Shown here one piece after another: positions 36,099-45,513 of a stretch of DNA of 64,000 bases (within the stretch, counting starts at the first letter, position 1; every line of letters starts with the position of its first letter). The stretch lies in the IMG/VR virus record IMGVR_UViG_3300047472_000449; one strand, given 5' to 3'. The notes below the pieces were generated by a model. The model was not told the origin of the DNA, made no database searches, and saw only the letters and a list, made by a program, of their open reading frames with translations. The DNA comes from a virus. The position numbers and the translations under genes were made by a program.

Positions 36099-36791
36099 TC
36101 ACGATGAGAGCGCCGCTTCAATCCCTTCATTTGTCACGCAATAGATCGCGCCATCAAAGTTCATGCGTTCGTAATCCCACTTGGTGCGGTGGCCCTCTTC
36201 ATCCAGCGTCTTCCCAAAGCTTTTCTTGAGGCTGCCCCACGCCCGTTTGGCGGGTTTCAGCGCCAGCATGGTGGCCGAGGTCACAGGGCAGTAAAGCATG
36301 CCTGAATCGTCCTCTGCGCCGCCCAGGGCGGAACGTAGTGTCTCGGCGTCGAGGATGGGGGCGTGATCCATCAGGTAACGACCCATTGGGCCAGAGAAGC
36401 TGTCAGTCACGCTGCTCAATCGGTATTTGTCGTCCTTGGTGCCGGTCGGCTTCCAGTATGTTCCAAACACCTGATCGCCAGAGATCGTAATTTTCTGAAT
36501 GATCGCGAGCATGGTCACTCGTTCAATGAATAGGCTCGGCACAAAGGCCACCAAACGTGGTGCCTCCCCACGCTGGCGCTGAGCAAACGCCCACAATGGG
36601 TGGGGCTTGGCATCCACTTCGACAGTTTTCCTGCCTTGGCATGTCCAGCACGTCCCGTTTTGCCATACTCCCGGCTCATGCCCCTTGATCAAGACTATGT
36701 GCTCGCTGCCCTCATGCACAAAACGCACAAAGCCTTCGCCTTCGCACTTGGGGCACTCGATGGTGACTTTGCGAGTTTCGGTGCTGCTCAT
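36099..36791 (-). CDS. protein with DnaJ-type zinc finger
   Basis: CPKCEGEG...CWTCQG. Confidence 0.75.
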   Translation of the reverse strand: MSSTETRKVTIECPKCEGEGFVRFVHEGSEHIVLIKGHEPGVWQNGTCWTCQGRKTVEVDAKPHPLWAFAQRQRGEAPRLVAFVPSLFIERVTMLAIIQKITISGDQVFGTYWKPTGTKDDKYRLSSVTDSFSGPMGRYLMDHAPILDAETLRSALGGAEDDSGMLYCPVTSATMLALKPAKRAWGSLKKSFGKTLDEEGHRTKWDYERMNFDGAIYCVTNEGIEAALSS

Positions 36792-36830
36792 GTGAATTGT
36801 CCTGACAGCGACTAGCACTGCAAATGGGCC

Positions 36831-37091
36831 TTATTCGTCGGCAGAGGCGAACTTAGGCTGTGAATGGTCAGCTTGGTTTGCGTCGCCTTCTTTTTTGGGT
36901 ATTCCACCCATCAGCCCAAACAGGTTGATGGTCGCCGCAAAAACGAACGCAGTAAAAAAGAGTCCGTGGACGATCAGCTCATCGGTCGAAAATTTCGACA
37001 GAGAAACGTTGTTCTTTGTAAAAATTACGGCAGCCATCGTGCTCAGAACGGTGAGAGAAATGACTGCCGACGCTATTAGTTTGCCAATCAT
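36831..37091 (-). CDS. small membrane protein
   Basis: two hydrophobic helices. Confidence 0.65.
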   Translation of the reverse strand: MIGKLIASAVISLTVLSTMAAVIFTKNNVSLSKFSTDELIVHGLFFTAFVFAATINLFGLMGGIPKKEGDANQADHSQPKFASADE

Positions 37092-37193
37092 GCTTTGATT
37101 CCTTATGAATGAATGGTGATAAAGTGCCCTGAGTGTATCATTGACAGAAATACAGGCAATATAATTTAGCGCAAACTATAGTGGTTTTGTCTT

Positions 37194-37793
37194 TTACCTG
37201 CGATTCTTTTCGCGCCCGCTTTCGCTGATTCCATCAGGTTTGTTGGCAAAATGCAGCGTCTTAAAAAGTGCCACCCCTTGCGGGCTCAGCATCACCATCG
37301 GAGCGCTTTGAGACGGATCATCCCGAAAGGCTCTGGCTTCCCGTTCTGCGTTGGTCAGAAAGGCTTCAATGCGCCGGGTGAGCGGAGGAATGCTCTGCCC
37401 GGCGATCAGGGCCAGTTCTTCGTGCGCGGCTTTGGCCACACGGTCTGACTCGTTGAGCAGCTGACAGATTTCGAGTTCGTATTCACGCAGCATTTTGACT
37501 TCGGCTGTCAGGGACTGAACCTTCTCGGTCAGATCCTCAATGGTCTTGGCCTGCCGATCTTCAGTGGTTGGCAGTGAGTGCAGCCCATCGGCTTTGCGCT
37601 TGCGGCTGTACCACTGCGTGACAAACGCGTGGGCCATGGTCTCATCGTCTGCCGAGAAGATCGGTTCGTGCCTATGCACGGTCAGCATCATCGACATCAC
37701 ATGACCGGCCTTGTCGAGGTAGGCCAGGGCGTCAGTGAGCTGTTGCTGGGTCTGCTCAAGCAGCAATTCGGTGGGTGTGCGTTCGGTCATCAT
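37194..37793 (-). CDS. coiled-coil hypothetical protein
   Basis: heptad-rich KTIEDLTEKVQSLTAEVKMLREYE. Confidence 0.75.
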   Translation of the reverse strand: MMTERTPTELLLEQTQQQLTDALAYLDKAGHVMSMMLTVHRHEPIFSADDETMAHAFVTQWYSRKRKADGLHSLPTTEDRQAKTIEDLTEKVQSLTAEVKMLREYELEICQLLNESDRVAKAAHEELALIAGQSIPPLTRRIEAFLTNAEREARAFRDDPSQSAPMVMLSPQGVALFKTLHFANKPDGISESGREKNRR

Positions 37794-37898
37794 GACAACT
37801 CACATAAAGGGCGTGCGCAATAATTAACGACTTACTATACTGTGACTTGTGATTTTGTCAATTTCAATAATTATTTTGCACTTAATTGAGCCTGCGGT

Positions 37899-37930
37899 AA
37901 CTTTACAAAAACACCCCGTTTTGTAAAGTT
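37899..37930. repeat. 12-8-12 inverted repeat
   Basis: AACTTTACAAAA-ACACCCCG-TTTTGTAAAGTT. Confidence 0.85.
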
Positions 37931-38113
37931 TTTCTGCTTTTTCACATAATCGACAGGCCAGTAAATGCTGGTGATGGTGCCCGTTTTTTACTAGTTAGAT
38001 ACCTAGACCAAAATGTAAAGTTTCGAGGAAACCGCCAATGTTTACTGGGATTTCAGGGCTTGCCAAGTCGATTTTTCATGCCTAGAGTTTGAAAAAATCA
38101 CGGAGTCCAGCCC

Positions 38114-38719
38114 ATGGCCGCAGCAGTGCTAACGATGTCAGTCCACCCGATCATTTCCCCGGAAGCGGTTGATGATCATGTCTACGCCCCTTCCAAGCTG
38201 GATCTGTCCGGTTTGGCTCAAACCATTGAGGATGTGTGCCGGGGTGGTAACCCGCTGGCATCGGTCAGAATCGCGGACAGCTATCTGGATCTTGATGCAG
38301 TGGATGAACTTAAACACCGCATCGGCAACGTCCAGGCCGTTGAGGCCCTTGGTGGAATGTTGTTGGAGCGCGCCAGCGTGCGAGGAAAAAGCCGCAATGG
38401 CGTGATCACCGTCGCGGACGAGTGGAACCAGCATCTGAAGAAGGACGTGGAAGGCCCTCAGCTGGTGCCCTCGGTGTTTTTCATCCTGGTCAGGGCCAGC
38501 ACCAGTCTGATGGTCGGCGATTGGCTGCATCAAGCTTTGGCGCGGTTTGATTCCTTTTCCTACCCGCCCGGCATGCTCGAAGCCTTTACCGGTGGCAAGG
38601 CCAAAAGCCAACCGTCTGCCGGTCGTTTGCCGAGGGAGGTGGGAGACAAGCTGGAGGCGATGTTTGGCCTGCCATTTCAACATCACGCCAAGCTGAACGT
38701 GATCTGCCGCAAAAGCTGA
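38114..38719 (+). CDS. hypothetical protein
   Basis: 201-aa ORF, GGAG RBS, terminator follows. Confidence 0.8.
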   Translation: MAAAVLTMSVHPIISPEAVDDHVYAPSKLDLSGLAQTIEDVCRGGNPLASVRIADSYLDLDAVDELKHRIGNVQAVEALGGMLLERASVRGKSRNGVITVADEWNQHLKKDVEGPQLVPSVFFILVRASTSLMVGDWLHQALARFDSFSYPPGMLEAFTGGKAKSQPSAGRLPREVGDKLEAMFGLPFQHHAKLNVICRKS

Positions 38720-38732
38720 ACCCTGGCCCAAA

Positions 38733-38764
38733 CAAAAAGCCCCGACTGGTTGGCCGGGGCTTTT
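38733..38764. terminator. bidirectional intrinsic terminator
   Basis: AAAAAGCCCCG...CCGGGGCTTTT. Confidence 0.8.
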
Positions 38765-38857
38765 GTGTTCGAACCTAGTCTCTTCACCGCTTCGTGAAGC
38801 GCGGGAGTGGAGGTTCCTAGGGCTGCCAGAGTATAGTAGCAATATGATGGCATTTAG

Positions 38858-39445
38858 TCAAGCAAAACGCCCTTCCATCTCCGCTTGAAGGCGACCGCGC
38901 ATGTCGGTCTTGGCTTCTTCGCTCATTCGATTGAAGGCGTTGGCAGGCACCAGATAGGTGAGCCATACGCCCCGGTGCTTGCCCAGGTAACCCTTGCGCT
39001 TGGCGGGATCGCCCATGGTCAGTTCTTGAATGGTCAGCGGGTGATTGCTGGCGCTGGTCAGGGTGAAGATAATCAGCTCTTCGGCTGGCGCTTCCGCCAC
39101 CGGCTCTTCGACCTTCTTGGCCTTGGTCGCTTTGACCACAGGCGCTGGCGCATCCACAGGCTCTGCTGGCGCTAGAGCATTGGCCACTTCAACCACAGGG
39201 GCAACCTCTGCCGCCACCGCAACTTCCGGGGTCACTTCCGGGGTCACTTCCGGGGTCACTTCCGGGGTGACTTCCGGGGTGACTTCCGGGGTGACTTCCG
39301 GGGTTAGCTCAACCACAGGCTCGCTGACCGGCTCCGGTACAATGGCTGCAACCAATGCCACAGGCGCTGGCGCTGGCTCCTTGACCGGTTCGGGCTCCGG
39401 CTGGGAAAACAGGTCAAACAAATCAAACTGGCCGCTCTTGTTCAT
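38858..39445 (-). CDS. Pro/Glu-rich linker protein with TPEV repeats
   Basis: N-term GQFDLF; 7 x TPEV. Confidence 0.8.
   Translation of the reverse strand: MNKSGQFDLFDLFSQPEPEPVKEPAPAPVALVAAIVPEPVSEPVVELTPEVTPEVTPEVTPEVTPEVTPEVTPEVAVAAEVAPVVEVANALAPAEPVDAPAPVVKATKAKKVEEPVAEAPAEELIIFTLTSASNHPLTIQELTMGDPAKRKGYLGKHRGVWLTYLVPANAFNRMSEEAKTDMRGRLQAEMEGRFA
39222..39304. repeat. 12-bp coding VNTR, 7 copies
   Basis: ACTTCCGGGGT(C/G) x7. Confidence 0.95.
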
Positions 39446-39612
39446 TGAATCGAAGCCTTCAGTGTCGCCAACGTGGCCTCAGCCTCACGAATGTTATCGG
39501 CGTAATCTTGTATGTACTGCGGCTTGCAACGCATCATGTGCGCATGCAACGCGGAGATATTACGCTGAAGGCGATCTATTTCCTTCGCGATGTCTTCGGG
39601 AGTGTTTGACAT
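39442..39612 (-). CDS. 56-aa protein (not in ORF track)
   Basis: MSNTPEDIAKEIDRLQRNISALHAH...; ATGA overlap with 38858..39445. Confidence 0.7.
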   Translation of the reverse strand: MSNTPEDIAKEIDRLQRNISALHAHMMRCKPQYIQDYADNIREAEATLATLKASIQ

Positions 39613-39614
39613 GG

Positions 39615-39992
39615 TTATGTGTGGCTCCCTACTGGGCTGATAGTGATCTTCAGGATCTTGCTCAAGGGGCTCGGTTCTTTGACGGTTACAACAGGCTTGA
39701 CCCAGGCCAGTGCCGAAGAGGCTTCATAGGTCAGGTCGTACGCCTGTTCTTCCTCGAACCCGGCCTTGATCACCCGGTGCGCCACATCAATGCCCGCTTC
39801 GTACGAGCCATGGTACTCGGTGCCCGCCACGTAGATGTCCTGCATGATCGCCAGTGTTTCTTGTTCACTGACGCCACGGTCGAGCAGCGTGCGCGCTGTG
39901 TCGGTAAACACCTTGGTGGAGTTGGTTCGGGTGAAGCCAGGACGAGCCATGATCAGGTTCAACTGCTGACTGAAATCGTTGCTGAAAGACAT
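39615..39992 (-). CDS. helical protein, paralog of 46642..46944
   Basis: F..Q...I...PGF...F...A.TLL....SE...L..MQ..Y. Confidence 0.8.
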   Translation of the reverse strand: MSFSNDFSQQLNLIMARPGFTRTNSTKVFTDTARTLLDRGVSEQETLAIMQDIYVAGTEYHGSYEAGIDVAHRVIKAGFEEEQAYDLTYEASSALAWVKPVVTVKEPSPLSKILKITISPVGSHT

Positions 39993-40149
39993 GCGGCGCA
40001 CCTGATCTATGTTATGGCATTATTATACCAATTCCACGCGCAACAGTCAATGTAAAAAACACACGCATCGACCCTCGACACGGGCAATCCTCGCCCCGTG
40101 CCGGGCCTTGACCCCATCGGTCAAGCGCCCAGCTGCGCACAGATTTCTG

Positions 40150-40431
40150 TCAGTCGTTTGAGAACAAATCAGGCTCTACCGGTTCGCCAGCCTCAGTGGG
40201 CTGAGCCGGGACATCGGCAATCACTTTCTGGCGGAAGAATTGGCATTCATCCACATTCTTGATGTTCACACCGATCAGGAAATAAGACTGCCACTTGGGC
40301 TTTGGTGGCGTGGTGAAGCGCAGGCATAGCTCTCGCTTTTTGCATCCATCACCAGGGCATTTGATGATGTCGTCAGTTTTTATAGGTGCCCGAGCTGGGA
40401 TGGGCGCGGGTGGAGCGGCATTTTTCTTCAT
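40150..40431 (-). CDS. small Cys-rich phage-type protein
   Basis: DI.KC.G.GC...ELC.RF......QSYF...C.FF. Confidence 0.7.
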   Translation of the reverse strand: MKKNAAPPAPIPARAPIKTDDIIKCPGDGCKKRELCLRFTTPPKPKWQSYFLIGVNIKNVDECQFFRQKVIADVPAQPTEAGEPVEPDLFSND

Positions 40432-40596
40432 TATAAAATCGACCTAGGCTTAAGTTACATTATAGAACATAAACGCCCGCTCAGTCAGGGTAACTGAACA
40501 GGCCGTCAAAACAGCCTCACAAGAAGGCAGGCACAGGAGCACCCGACCCCCGCTGGTCACCTTCATGCGAAGCATGGAAAAAAGCGTAATCCGACC

Positions 40597-40887
40597 TCAG
40601 TACGTCCCTTTAGCCGGAAGCGCCGGAACAGGCATCCACAGCTTTGGCTGGGGTTCGATGAAGCTCACCTCCATACCGTCTTCACGACAATACGGAATGT
40701 AATCGTCAATCGTGCAGAGATACCAACCACTCTTGCGCACACCGCTCCAGTGATTCGCTTCCCGGTAGCGCGCTGAACCGCGCTCAGACCAAACGACGCC
40801 CTCTTTCGGCGCGGTTTCAATCGGCTGCCAAGGGGCAAGGTCAGCCGTTGAATTAATGGCTTCCTGATTATCCGGGATCTGACTCAT
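40597..40887 (-). CDS. DUF551-like phage protein
   Basis: WQPIETAPKEG ... PKLWMPVP. Confidence 0.65.
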   Translation of the reverse strand: MSQIPDNQEAINSTADLAPWQPIETAPKEGVVWSERGSARYREANHWSGVRKSGWYLCTIDDYIPYCREDGMEVSFIEPQPKLWMPVPALPAKGTY

Positions 40888-40974
40888 GAGCAGTGTCCTT
40901 GTAATGGGATTAATGGCTCTGCAATTAATTAACAGCGACCCCGCCATAAATGGCGGGAATCGGCCAGCAGCCTC

Positions 40975-41202
40975 TTAGTCGGTGGCTTGCTTGAGGCGGC
41001 GGGTGTAGAACTCACGCAGCTCACGCACGTTCATGTACGACACGTCTGGGAATTCGAAGTCCGGCACACGATTAAGCGCGCTGGCCAGGGCGTCGTCGGT
41101 GTCGTACAGCTCTTCGATGCGAGCCGTGTTGGAGTGGCCCTCCAGTTCGTCCAGCACTTCCGCCAGCGAGGCTGAGAGGGATTTGGTGTCATTTGTAGTC
41201 AT
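40975..41202 (-). CDS. small acidic protein
   Basis: GGAG RBS. Confidence 0.75.
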   Translation of the reverse strand: MTTNDTKSLSASLAEVLDELEGHSNTARIEELYDTDDALASALNRVPDFEFPDVSYMNVRELREFYTRRLKQATD

Positions 41203-41274
41203 GGTGATCTCCAGTAAGCTGCATCGAGTATCAGGAGGCAGCTTTAACAAGTCAATTAACCAGCCGGTGGGCGA

Positions 41275-41433
41275 TTAAACGCCGTACTGCTTGGCCAAAC
41301 GTTCCAGTGAGCGGTAATGCAGGGCGCGCTGTACGTCGTGCAGACGCAGGGAGCACTTCATCTGCTTGGATACCCGTGCCGAACGCCGGTAAGCGTTCTT
41401 GCGTTGTTTAAACCATGCTGCCTCTGTCGCCAT
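41275..41433 (-). CDS. small basic protein
   Basis: GGAGG RBS, 52 aa. Confidence 0.5.
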   Translation of the reverse strand: MATEAAWFKQRKNAYRRSARVSKQMKCSLRLHDVQRALHYRSLERLAKQYGV

Positions 41434-41461
41434 CGTTAATGCCTCCAGTGCACCAGGATAA

Positions 41462-41785
41462 TTAATCCCAGCGGGTTTGCTGTGGATCATCAAGAAAGTC
41501 CGGCTCTGCGCTGTCGTAACCTTCCGGCAACTCGGCATTACTGGCTTTCATGTCCGGGTTCAGCTTGATCAGTCGATCATCACTGTACACCGCGTATTTC
41601 ACCGTTTGCGGTTCGTTGTTTTCATCCACCGCTTCCGGGTGGCCGGTGGCGTCGATTTGCAGGCGGTAGTGAGTGACCTGAAAGCGATCAATCACCTCAA
41701 TGACCTTGGCCGGGCAGCCAGGGTAATTATCCTGATTAACCGAGTCGCCCACTTCAAAGTACATGCGATCACAGAAGATATTCAT
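41462..41785 (-). CDS. hypothetical protein
   Basis: GGAG RBS; FEVGD.V....SH3-like opening. Confidence 0.7.
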   Translation of the reverse strand: MNIFCDRMYFEVGDSVNQDNYPGCPAKVIEVIDRFQVTHYRLQIDATGHPEAVDENNEPQTVKYAVYSDDRLIKLNPDMKASNAELPEGYDSAEPDFLDDPQQTRWD

Positions 41786-41799
41786 GTCGCTCGCTCCGA

Positions 41800-42042
41800 T
41801 CACAGCAGGCCAAAGGCACACATCTTTTCGTAGATCTCTTTACGATGGATCTGCAACTCAAGCACCCACATGCCAGGGTTCATGTCGCTGAGCTGGTAAT
41901 GCGTGTTCTTGGTTTTGACTTCGTTTTTACGAAACTGAACGATGGGCGTTGTTTGGGTCATTACGCCATTCACTTCACCCAGCAGCGACACGGTGTTGTC
42001 GGTAGTACGGATGATTTTCCAATTGGTCATCTGCTTGATCAT
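41800..42042 (-). CDS. small phage-type protein
   Basis: ORF after promoter 42073-42112. Confidence 0.7.
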   Translation of the reverse strand: MIKQMTNWKIIRTTDNTVSLLGEVNGVMTQTTPIVQFRKNEVKTKNTHYQLSDMNPGMWVLELQIHRKEIYEKMCAFGLL

Positions 42043-42072
42043 GTTAATCACTTTTGTCTTCTGATGTGATTA

Positions 42073-42112
42073 ATTATACAGGCACACGCCATCCTTGTCA
42101 ATATGAATGACA
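42073..42112 (-). promoter_or_regulatory. sigma70 promoter with palindromic -35 operator
   Basis: TATAAT/17/TTGACA; TGTCAAT-ATG-AATGACA. Confidence 0.85.
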
Positions 42113-42179
42113 ATTAAATTTATCGTTTTGCACTAATTATATTTACTTGACTTGCTAAGGCTCCAGCGTGCCAGGGGCC

Positions 42180-42219
42180 TGAACCTGTAAACCTTGGCTT
42201 AATTGGTTTTACAGGTTCA
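42180..42219. repeat. 12-bp inverted repeat (terminator or binding site)
   Basis: TGAACCTGTAAA-16-TTTACAGGTTCA. Confidence 0.75.
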
Positions 42220-42232
42220 TGATCGCCCGGTA

Positions 42233-42613
42233 TTAGCCCACCAGGGTTTTGAAGAACTCTTTCTGTGCCTCAGCCTCGGCCTCGGAAGCTTTTAGCAGCT
42301 CGGCAGCCAGTTCGCCTGGATTGACCATGGTGCTCACAAGGTGTTGGCCCACCATGTAGCACAGCACGATTTCGTTGCGCTGACCGCTGAGGTTAAAGAG
42401 GGTGTTTGCTTCAAGTGGTCGCAGCCCGTTCGAGACGTAGCTCATAATGTGGGCGCGAGTAGCGGTGTTACCGAAGTCTTTCACGTCGGCTTTAAAGGCG
42501 TCGGTGATGCGTTTTTCTTGCAGGATGCTCGATTTAACCGAGCGCATCAGCAAATGCCATGCTGTGTCGATGATCTTGGTTTGTTCTGGCGTGTACTTCT
42601 TGAGCTTGGCCAT
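42233..42613 (-). CDS. hypothetical protein
   Basis: AAGGGG RBS. Confidence 0.8.
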   Translation of the reverse strand: MAKLKKYTPEQTKIIDTAWHLLMRSVKSSILQEKRITDAFKADVKDFGNTATRAHIMSYVSNGLRPLEANTLFNLSGQRNEIVLCYMVGQHLVSTMVNPGELAAELLKASEAEAEAQKEFFKTLVG

Positions 42614-42696
42614 GCCAATTCCCCTTGGGTGATGCAATGAAGACTTTGATGCAGAACAGCCCTACTACCGGGCTGGATCACTGCTTGTATGGGCCT

Positions 42697-42735
42697 ATTC
42701 TACCGGGAATGGCAAAATTGTCAATACCAATGACA
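42697..42735 (-). promoter_or_regulatory. sigma70 promoter with palindromic -35 operator
   Basis: TAGAAT/16/TTGACA; TGTCAAT-ACC-AATGACA. Confidence 0.8.
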
Positions 42736-42758
42736 TAAAATAAACGGCGTTCCCTCGA

Positions 42759-42929
42759 TTAGTTGCTGTCGAGTTCTTGCAGATCTTCGATGTGGTCGGC
42801 GCCATCGGCAACCAGTCGGCTTTCCAGGCGATCACGTGACACGCCTTGCAGCTCTTGTGGCGAATAGACGACGACGGCATAACCGGCATCACGCAGCTCG
42901 TTAATCGCTTTTTCTTGCTCTGGAGTCAT
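42759..42929 (-). CDS. small hypothetical protein
   Basis: AAGGA RBS, 56 aa. Confidence 0.7.
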   Translation of the reverse strand: MTPEQEKAINELRDAGYAVVVYSPQELQGVSRDRLESRLVADGADHIEDLQELDSN

Positions 42930-42960
42930 AATCTTGTCCTTGGTCAGTAAAAAATGAGTG

Positions 42961-43422
42961 TCAGCCAATCAGCTTGGACGGCTCAGCCATCACAGCTGCC
43001 CATTCCTGGCGCATGTCATCCAGCGCTATCAGCGCCGTTGAGTTATCAATGACGTAGCTTGTGAAGTAGCGCATCAGCGCTGCGGTGTCCTTTGGCTTGT
43101 ATCGCCCGAGGAAGATATCATCTACCTGCGGCGACTGCGGCCATTTCCCTTTCGAGTTGGCCGGTTTGCCCAGCCATGAATTACGCTGGAAGGTCTCCAT
43201 GGAGCACCTGCCGAGCGAATCGGTCTTGGCGTAGAGCCAGCGACCATCCTCTCTGTGGCACTTGATCTGCACCACTGGCGATTGCTGGGTGAGGTCAACG
43301 TCCAGGTAATCGATTTCCCATCCAGCCTTTGCCATCAACACTTGAAGCGACTGAATCGGCAGCGCCTTGGAGGGGGACGACGGCGAGGGGTTTGGCAGGG
43401 TTTGCACGGTCGGTGAGTCCAC
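42961..43422 (-). CDS. hypothetical protein
   Basis: 153-aa ORF after promoter 43440-43479. Confidence 0.75.
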   Translation of the reverse strand: MDSPTVQTLPNPSPSSPSKALPIQSLQVLMAKAGWEIDYLDVDLTQQSPVVQIKCHREDGRWLYAKTDSLGRCSMETFQRNSWLGKPANSKGKWPQSPQVDDIFLGRYKPKDTAALMRYFTSYVIDNSTALIALDDMRQEWAAVMAEPSKLIG

Positions 43423-43439
43423 TGGTTAATCTGAACAGG

Positions 43440-43479
43440 AGTATACCGAGTTACGCCACCATTGTCAATCACAATGACA
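43440..43479 (-). promoter_or_regulatory. sigma70 promoter with palindromic -35 operator
   Basis: TATACT/17/TTGACA; TGTCAAT-CAC-AATGACA. Confidence 0.85.
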
Positions 43480-43499
43480 CCGTGATCAAATGTGGAACC

Positions 43500-43775
43500 T
43501 CACGTGGTGGTGCGGAGGATACCCCTGCTATTCCTGTAGTCAAACCAGACATCGAAGGTACAGCCGCGAGCCATGTAGCCGCCCATCGTGCCTCCATTCA
43601 TGATGTACTTCACACATTCTTCGGCCACTTCCCGACTGTCGAACTTATAGATCATGGAATCGTCAGACACCACTTGGCAATAGCCTGCCGACCAGCGCAA
43701 TCCAATTGGGCAGTTGCGTTCGCAGCGTGGGCCATTGTTCAGAACTTCCCAAAAATACACTTCGCCGTGTCGCAT
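43500..43775 (-). CDS. hypothetical protein
   Basis: AGGAGGA RBS. Confidence 0.7.
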   Translation of the reverse strand: MRHGEVYFWEVLNNGPRCERNCPIGLRWSAGYCQVVSDDSMIYKFDSREVAEECVKYIMNGGTMGGYMARGCTFDVWFDYRNSRGILRTTT

Positions 43776-43862
43776 GTTATTCCTCCTTCAACAAGTACGC
43801 TGCCTTGATGTCGGCGACAGTCATGGTCAGGCTCATAATGCCGTGTTCGCTGTCGCCCATGA

Positions 43863-44108
43863 TCAAGCAATCTTTCGAAATGGGTGGTCTGCACCAATTC
43901 GCTGGCCTGCTGCGCCGACGTGAAAGTCTGGGTGCTGGCCCTCAAACCAATGCCAGATCGACTCGCATGGCGTAAAGATTGGGAAATGGAGGAACGGCTC
44001 TTCAATGCCGTCATCATCGACAGGAACGTCGCTGAGGCGGTTCCACAGGTCGATCAGCTCGGCCATGGTGTATGTTTTATTGCTCTGGTCAGTGGTTGGC
44101 ATTTTCAT
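43863..44108 (-). CDS. family F C-terminal domain, stand-alone
   Basis: Y....L..LW.RL..VP...EPFLHF......I..WFE.QHP.F.V. Confidence 0.85.
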   Translation of the reverse strand: MKMPTTDQSNKTYTMAELIDLWNRLSDVPVDDDGIEEPFLHFPIFTPCESIWHWFEGQHPDFHVGAAGQRIGADHPFRKIA

Positions 44109-44524
44109 TTCCAGAAGGGGTGATCAATGCCGATGAAGCCCACTTTGGGTTCTTTCGCAACAGAGAGTGTGGTGTCTGGCTTGGCAGCCACTGGTGGCTC
44201 TGTCACCAGCTCGCCCAGGCTCTTGAAGTACTGATCGGCCAGGGCGTTGCATTGGGCTTCATCATGGAAAAACGAAAAAGATTCGACAACGATTTCGCGA
44301 GGTGATGGCAGTTGCAGTGGAAGGGTTTCGCTCGCTCGCACGGTGGCGCAGGGATCAATGCTGCTCTGCGAATCAAACGCCGCGACATAGGCCGCGTGCA
44401 GCAGGTGTGCGTGGGATTCGCTGTCGTAATAACGGCGGAAATAATCACGCACGATCAGATTAAGGTTTGACGTTGGGACTTCGCCATTTTGCACAATGGG
44501 TTGTTCAGAGAAGAAGGGGTGCAT
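44105..44524 (-). CDS. family F N-terminal domain
   Basis: MHPFF...L.LIVR.YF...PSPREIV.E.F...A..LA..YF.SL. Confidence 0.85.
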   Translation of the reverse strand: MHPFFSEQPIVQNGEVPTSNLNLIVRDYFRRYYDSESHAHLLHAAYVAAFDSQSSIDPCATVRASETLPLQLPSPREIVVESFSFFHDEAQCNALADQYFKSLGELVTEPPVAAKPDTTLSVAKEPKVGFIGIDHPFWK

Positions 44525-44559
44525 GGCGGTCTCCGCTGATGAATATTGGTGTGGAAATC

Positions 44560-44599
44560 ATAATAACAAGACCCAAGCACCGTGTCAATACGGTTGACA
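44560..44599 (-). promoter_or_regulatory. sigma70 promoter with palindromic -35 operator
   Basis: TATTAT/17/TTGACA; TGTCAAT-ACG-GTTGACA. Confidence 0.8.
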
Positions 44600-44631
44600 T
44601 AATGCTCGGGATTGGTCGGCTTTGAGGATCT

Positions 44632-45045
44632 TTAGCTATCCTTGTCAGCTGGCTGCTTTGTGTAGAGAGGTATCAATCCAAAATCCTTATTTGCCCACAT
44701 CCACTCATGATCTGTCTTTCCCGCCTTGAAGTTGGTAAATGCCATGGGGTCTGCATAGGCCACCAGCTCGCCCTGGCTTTGCTTGGCTCCGACTGCTGCG
44801 CCTTTCTTGAAAGCATCCCAGGCGTAGGCCGGAGGCTTTTCTGTCATCCATATCTGGGCAGACCATTCGGAAAATTCTTCGTGGAGATTGGGTGTTTGAT
44901 GTGACGCTACTGGCTGCCCGAACGCTTTGCAAATGGCTTCCCAGATGTCGTAGGCCCCGCCCCCACAAACCCGAGCCTTCTCAGCAATCAGCTCTGCAAG
45001 TTCGTCGCTCAGTTCGCGTGGGAAGCTTATCATTTCGTTATTCAT
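44632..45045 (-). CDS. phage Eaa/Ead-like accessory protein
   Basis: GELVAY...IPLYTKQPA C-terminal module typical of phage accessory genes. Confidence 0.6.
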   Translation of the reverse strand: MNNEMISFPRELSDELAELIAEKARVCGGGAYDIWEAICKAFGQPVASHQTPNLHEEFSEWSAQIWMTEKPPAYAWDAFKKGAAVGAKQSQGELVAYADPMAFTNFKAGKTDHEWMWANKDFGLIPLYTKQPADKDS

Positions 45046-45496
45046 GGCTTTTGGCTCGGGCAGTGGAGCGAGGGCCGGGGTGCATAACAATGATCATGGC
45101 GGGTTGATCTGCACTGGCGTTGTCAGAGGGCAACAGCGGTGGACGTTCCGCTTCTGGAAAGTCGGCCCAATACCTTTGCTTGTAGTCCGCGTAATCGTTC
45201 GAGTAATGGGCGGTGATCTTGTCGAACAAGTCCAGTCCTCCGGACTCTGTACACCACATGCCGGTCTTGGGCGGGTACGCCGCGACAAACGCCTCTTCGT
45301 CTTTCTCTTCCTCGAAAAAGATGCGCACCTTGGTGGTGCCTTCCGGTGTCTTGAAGGTGTTCTCTGGCACCACAGAGCCAGCTGGAAAATACAGGCGCTG
45401 CGCCACGAACCGCGAGGTGGCTACACGAAACAATGTCGCGTTGAATTGAGCCAAGTCGCGGTCAACTTCTTCCTTGATGTTTTCATTGATCGCCAT
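45038..45496 (-). CDS. hypothetical protein
   Basis: AGGGG RBS. Confidence 0.75.
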   Translation of the reverse strand: MAINENIKEEVDRDLAQFNATLFRVATSRFVAQRLYFPAGSVVPENTFKTPEGTTKVRIFFEEEKDEEAFVAAYPPKTGMWCTESGGLDLFDKITAHYSNDYADYKQRYWADFPEAERPPLLPSDNASADQPAMIIVMHPGPRSTARAKSHE

Positions 45497-45513
45497 GCTC
45501 AAGCCCCTGGTGT

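Noticed and set aside
39222-39304. Regular short repeats as a possible CRISPR or iteron array
   Set aside because: Contiguous 12-bp units with no spacers, in frame inside an ORF (TPEV); a coding VNTR.
39045-40055. 336-aa plus-strand ORF
   Set aside because: Antisense shadow of three well-supported minus-strand genes and the VNTR; low-complexity translation.
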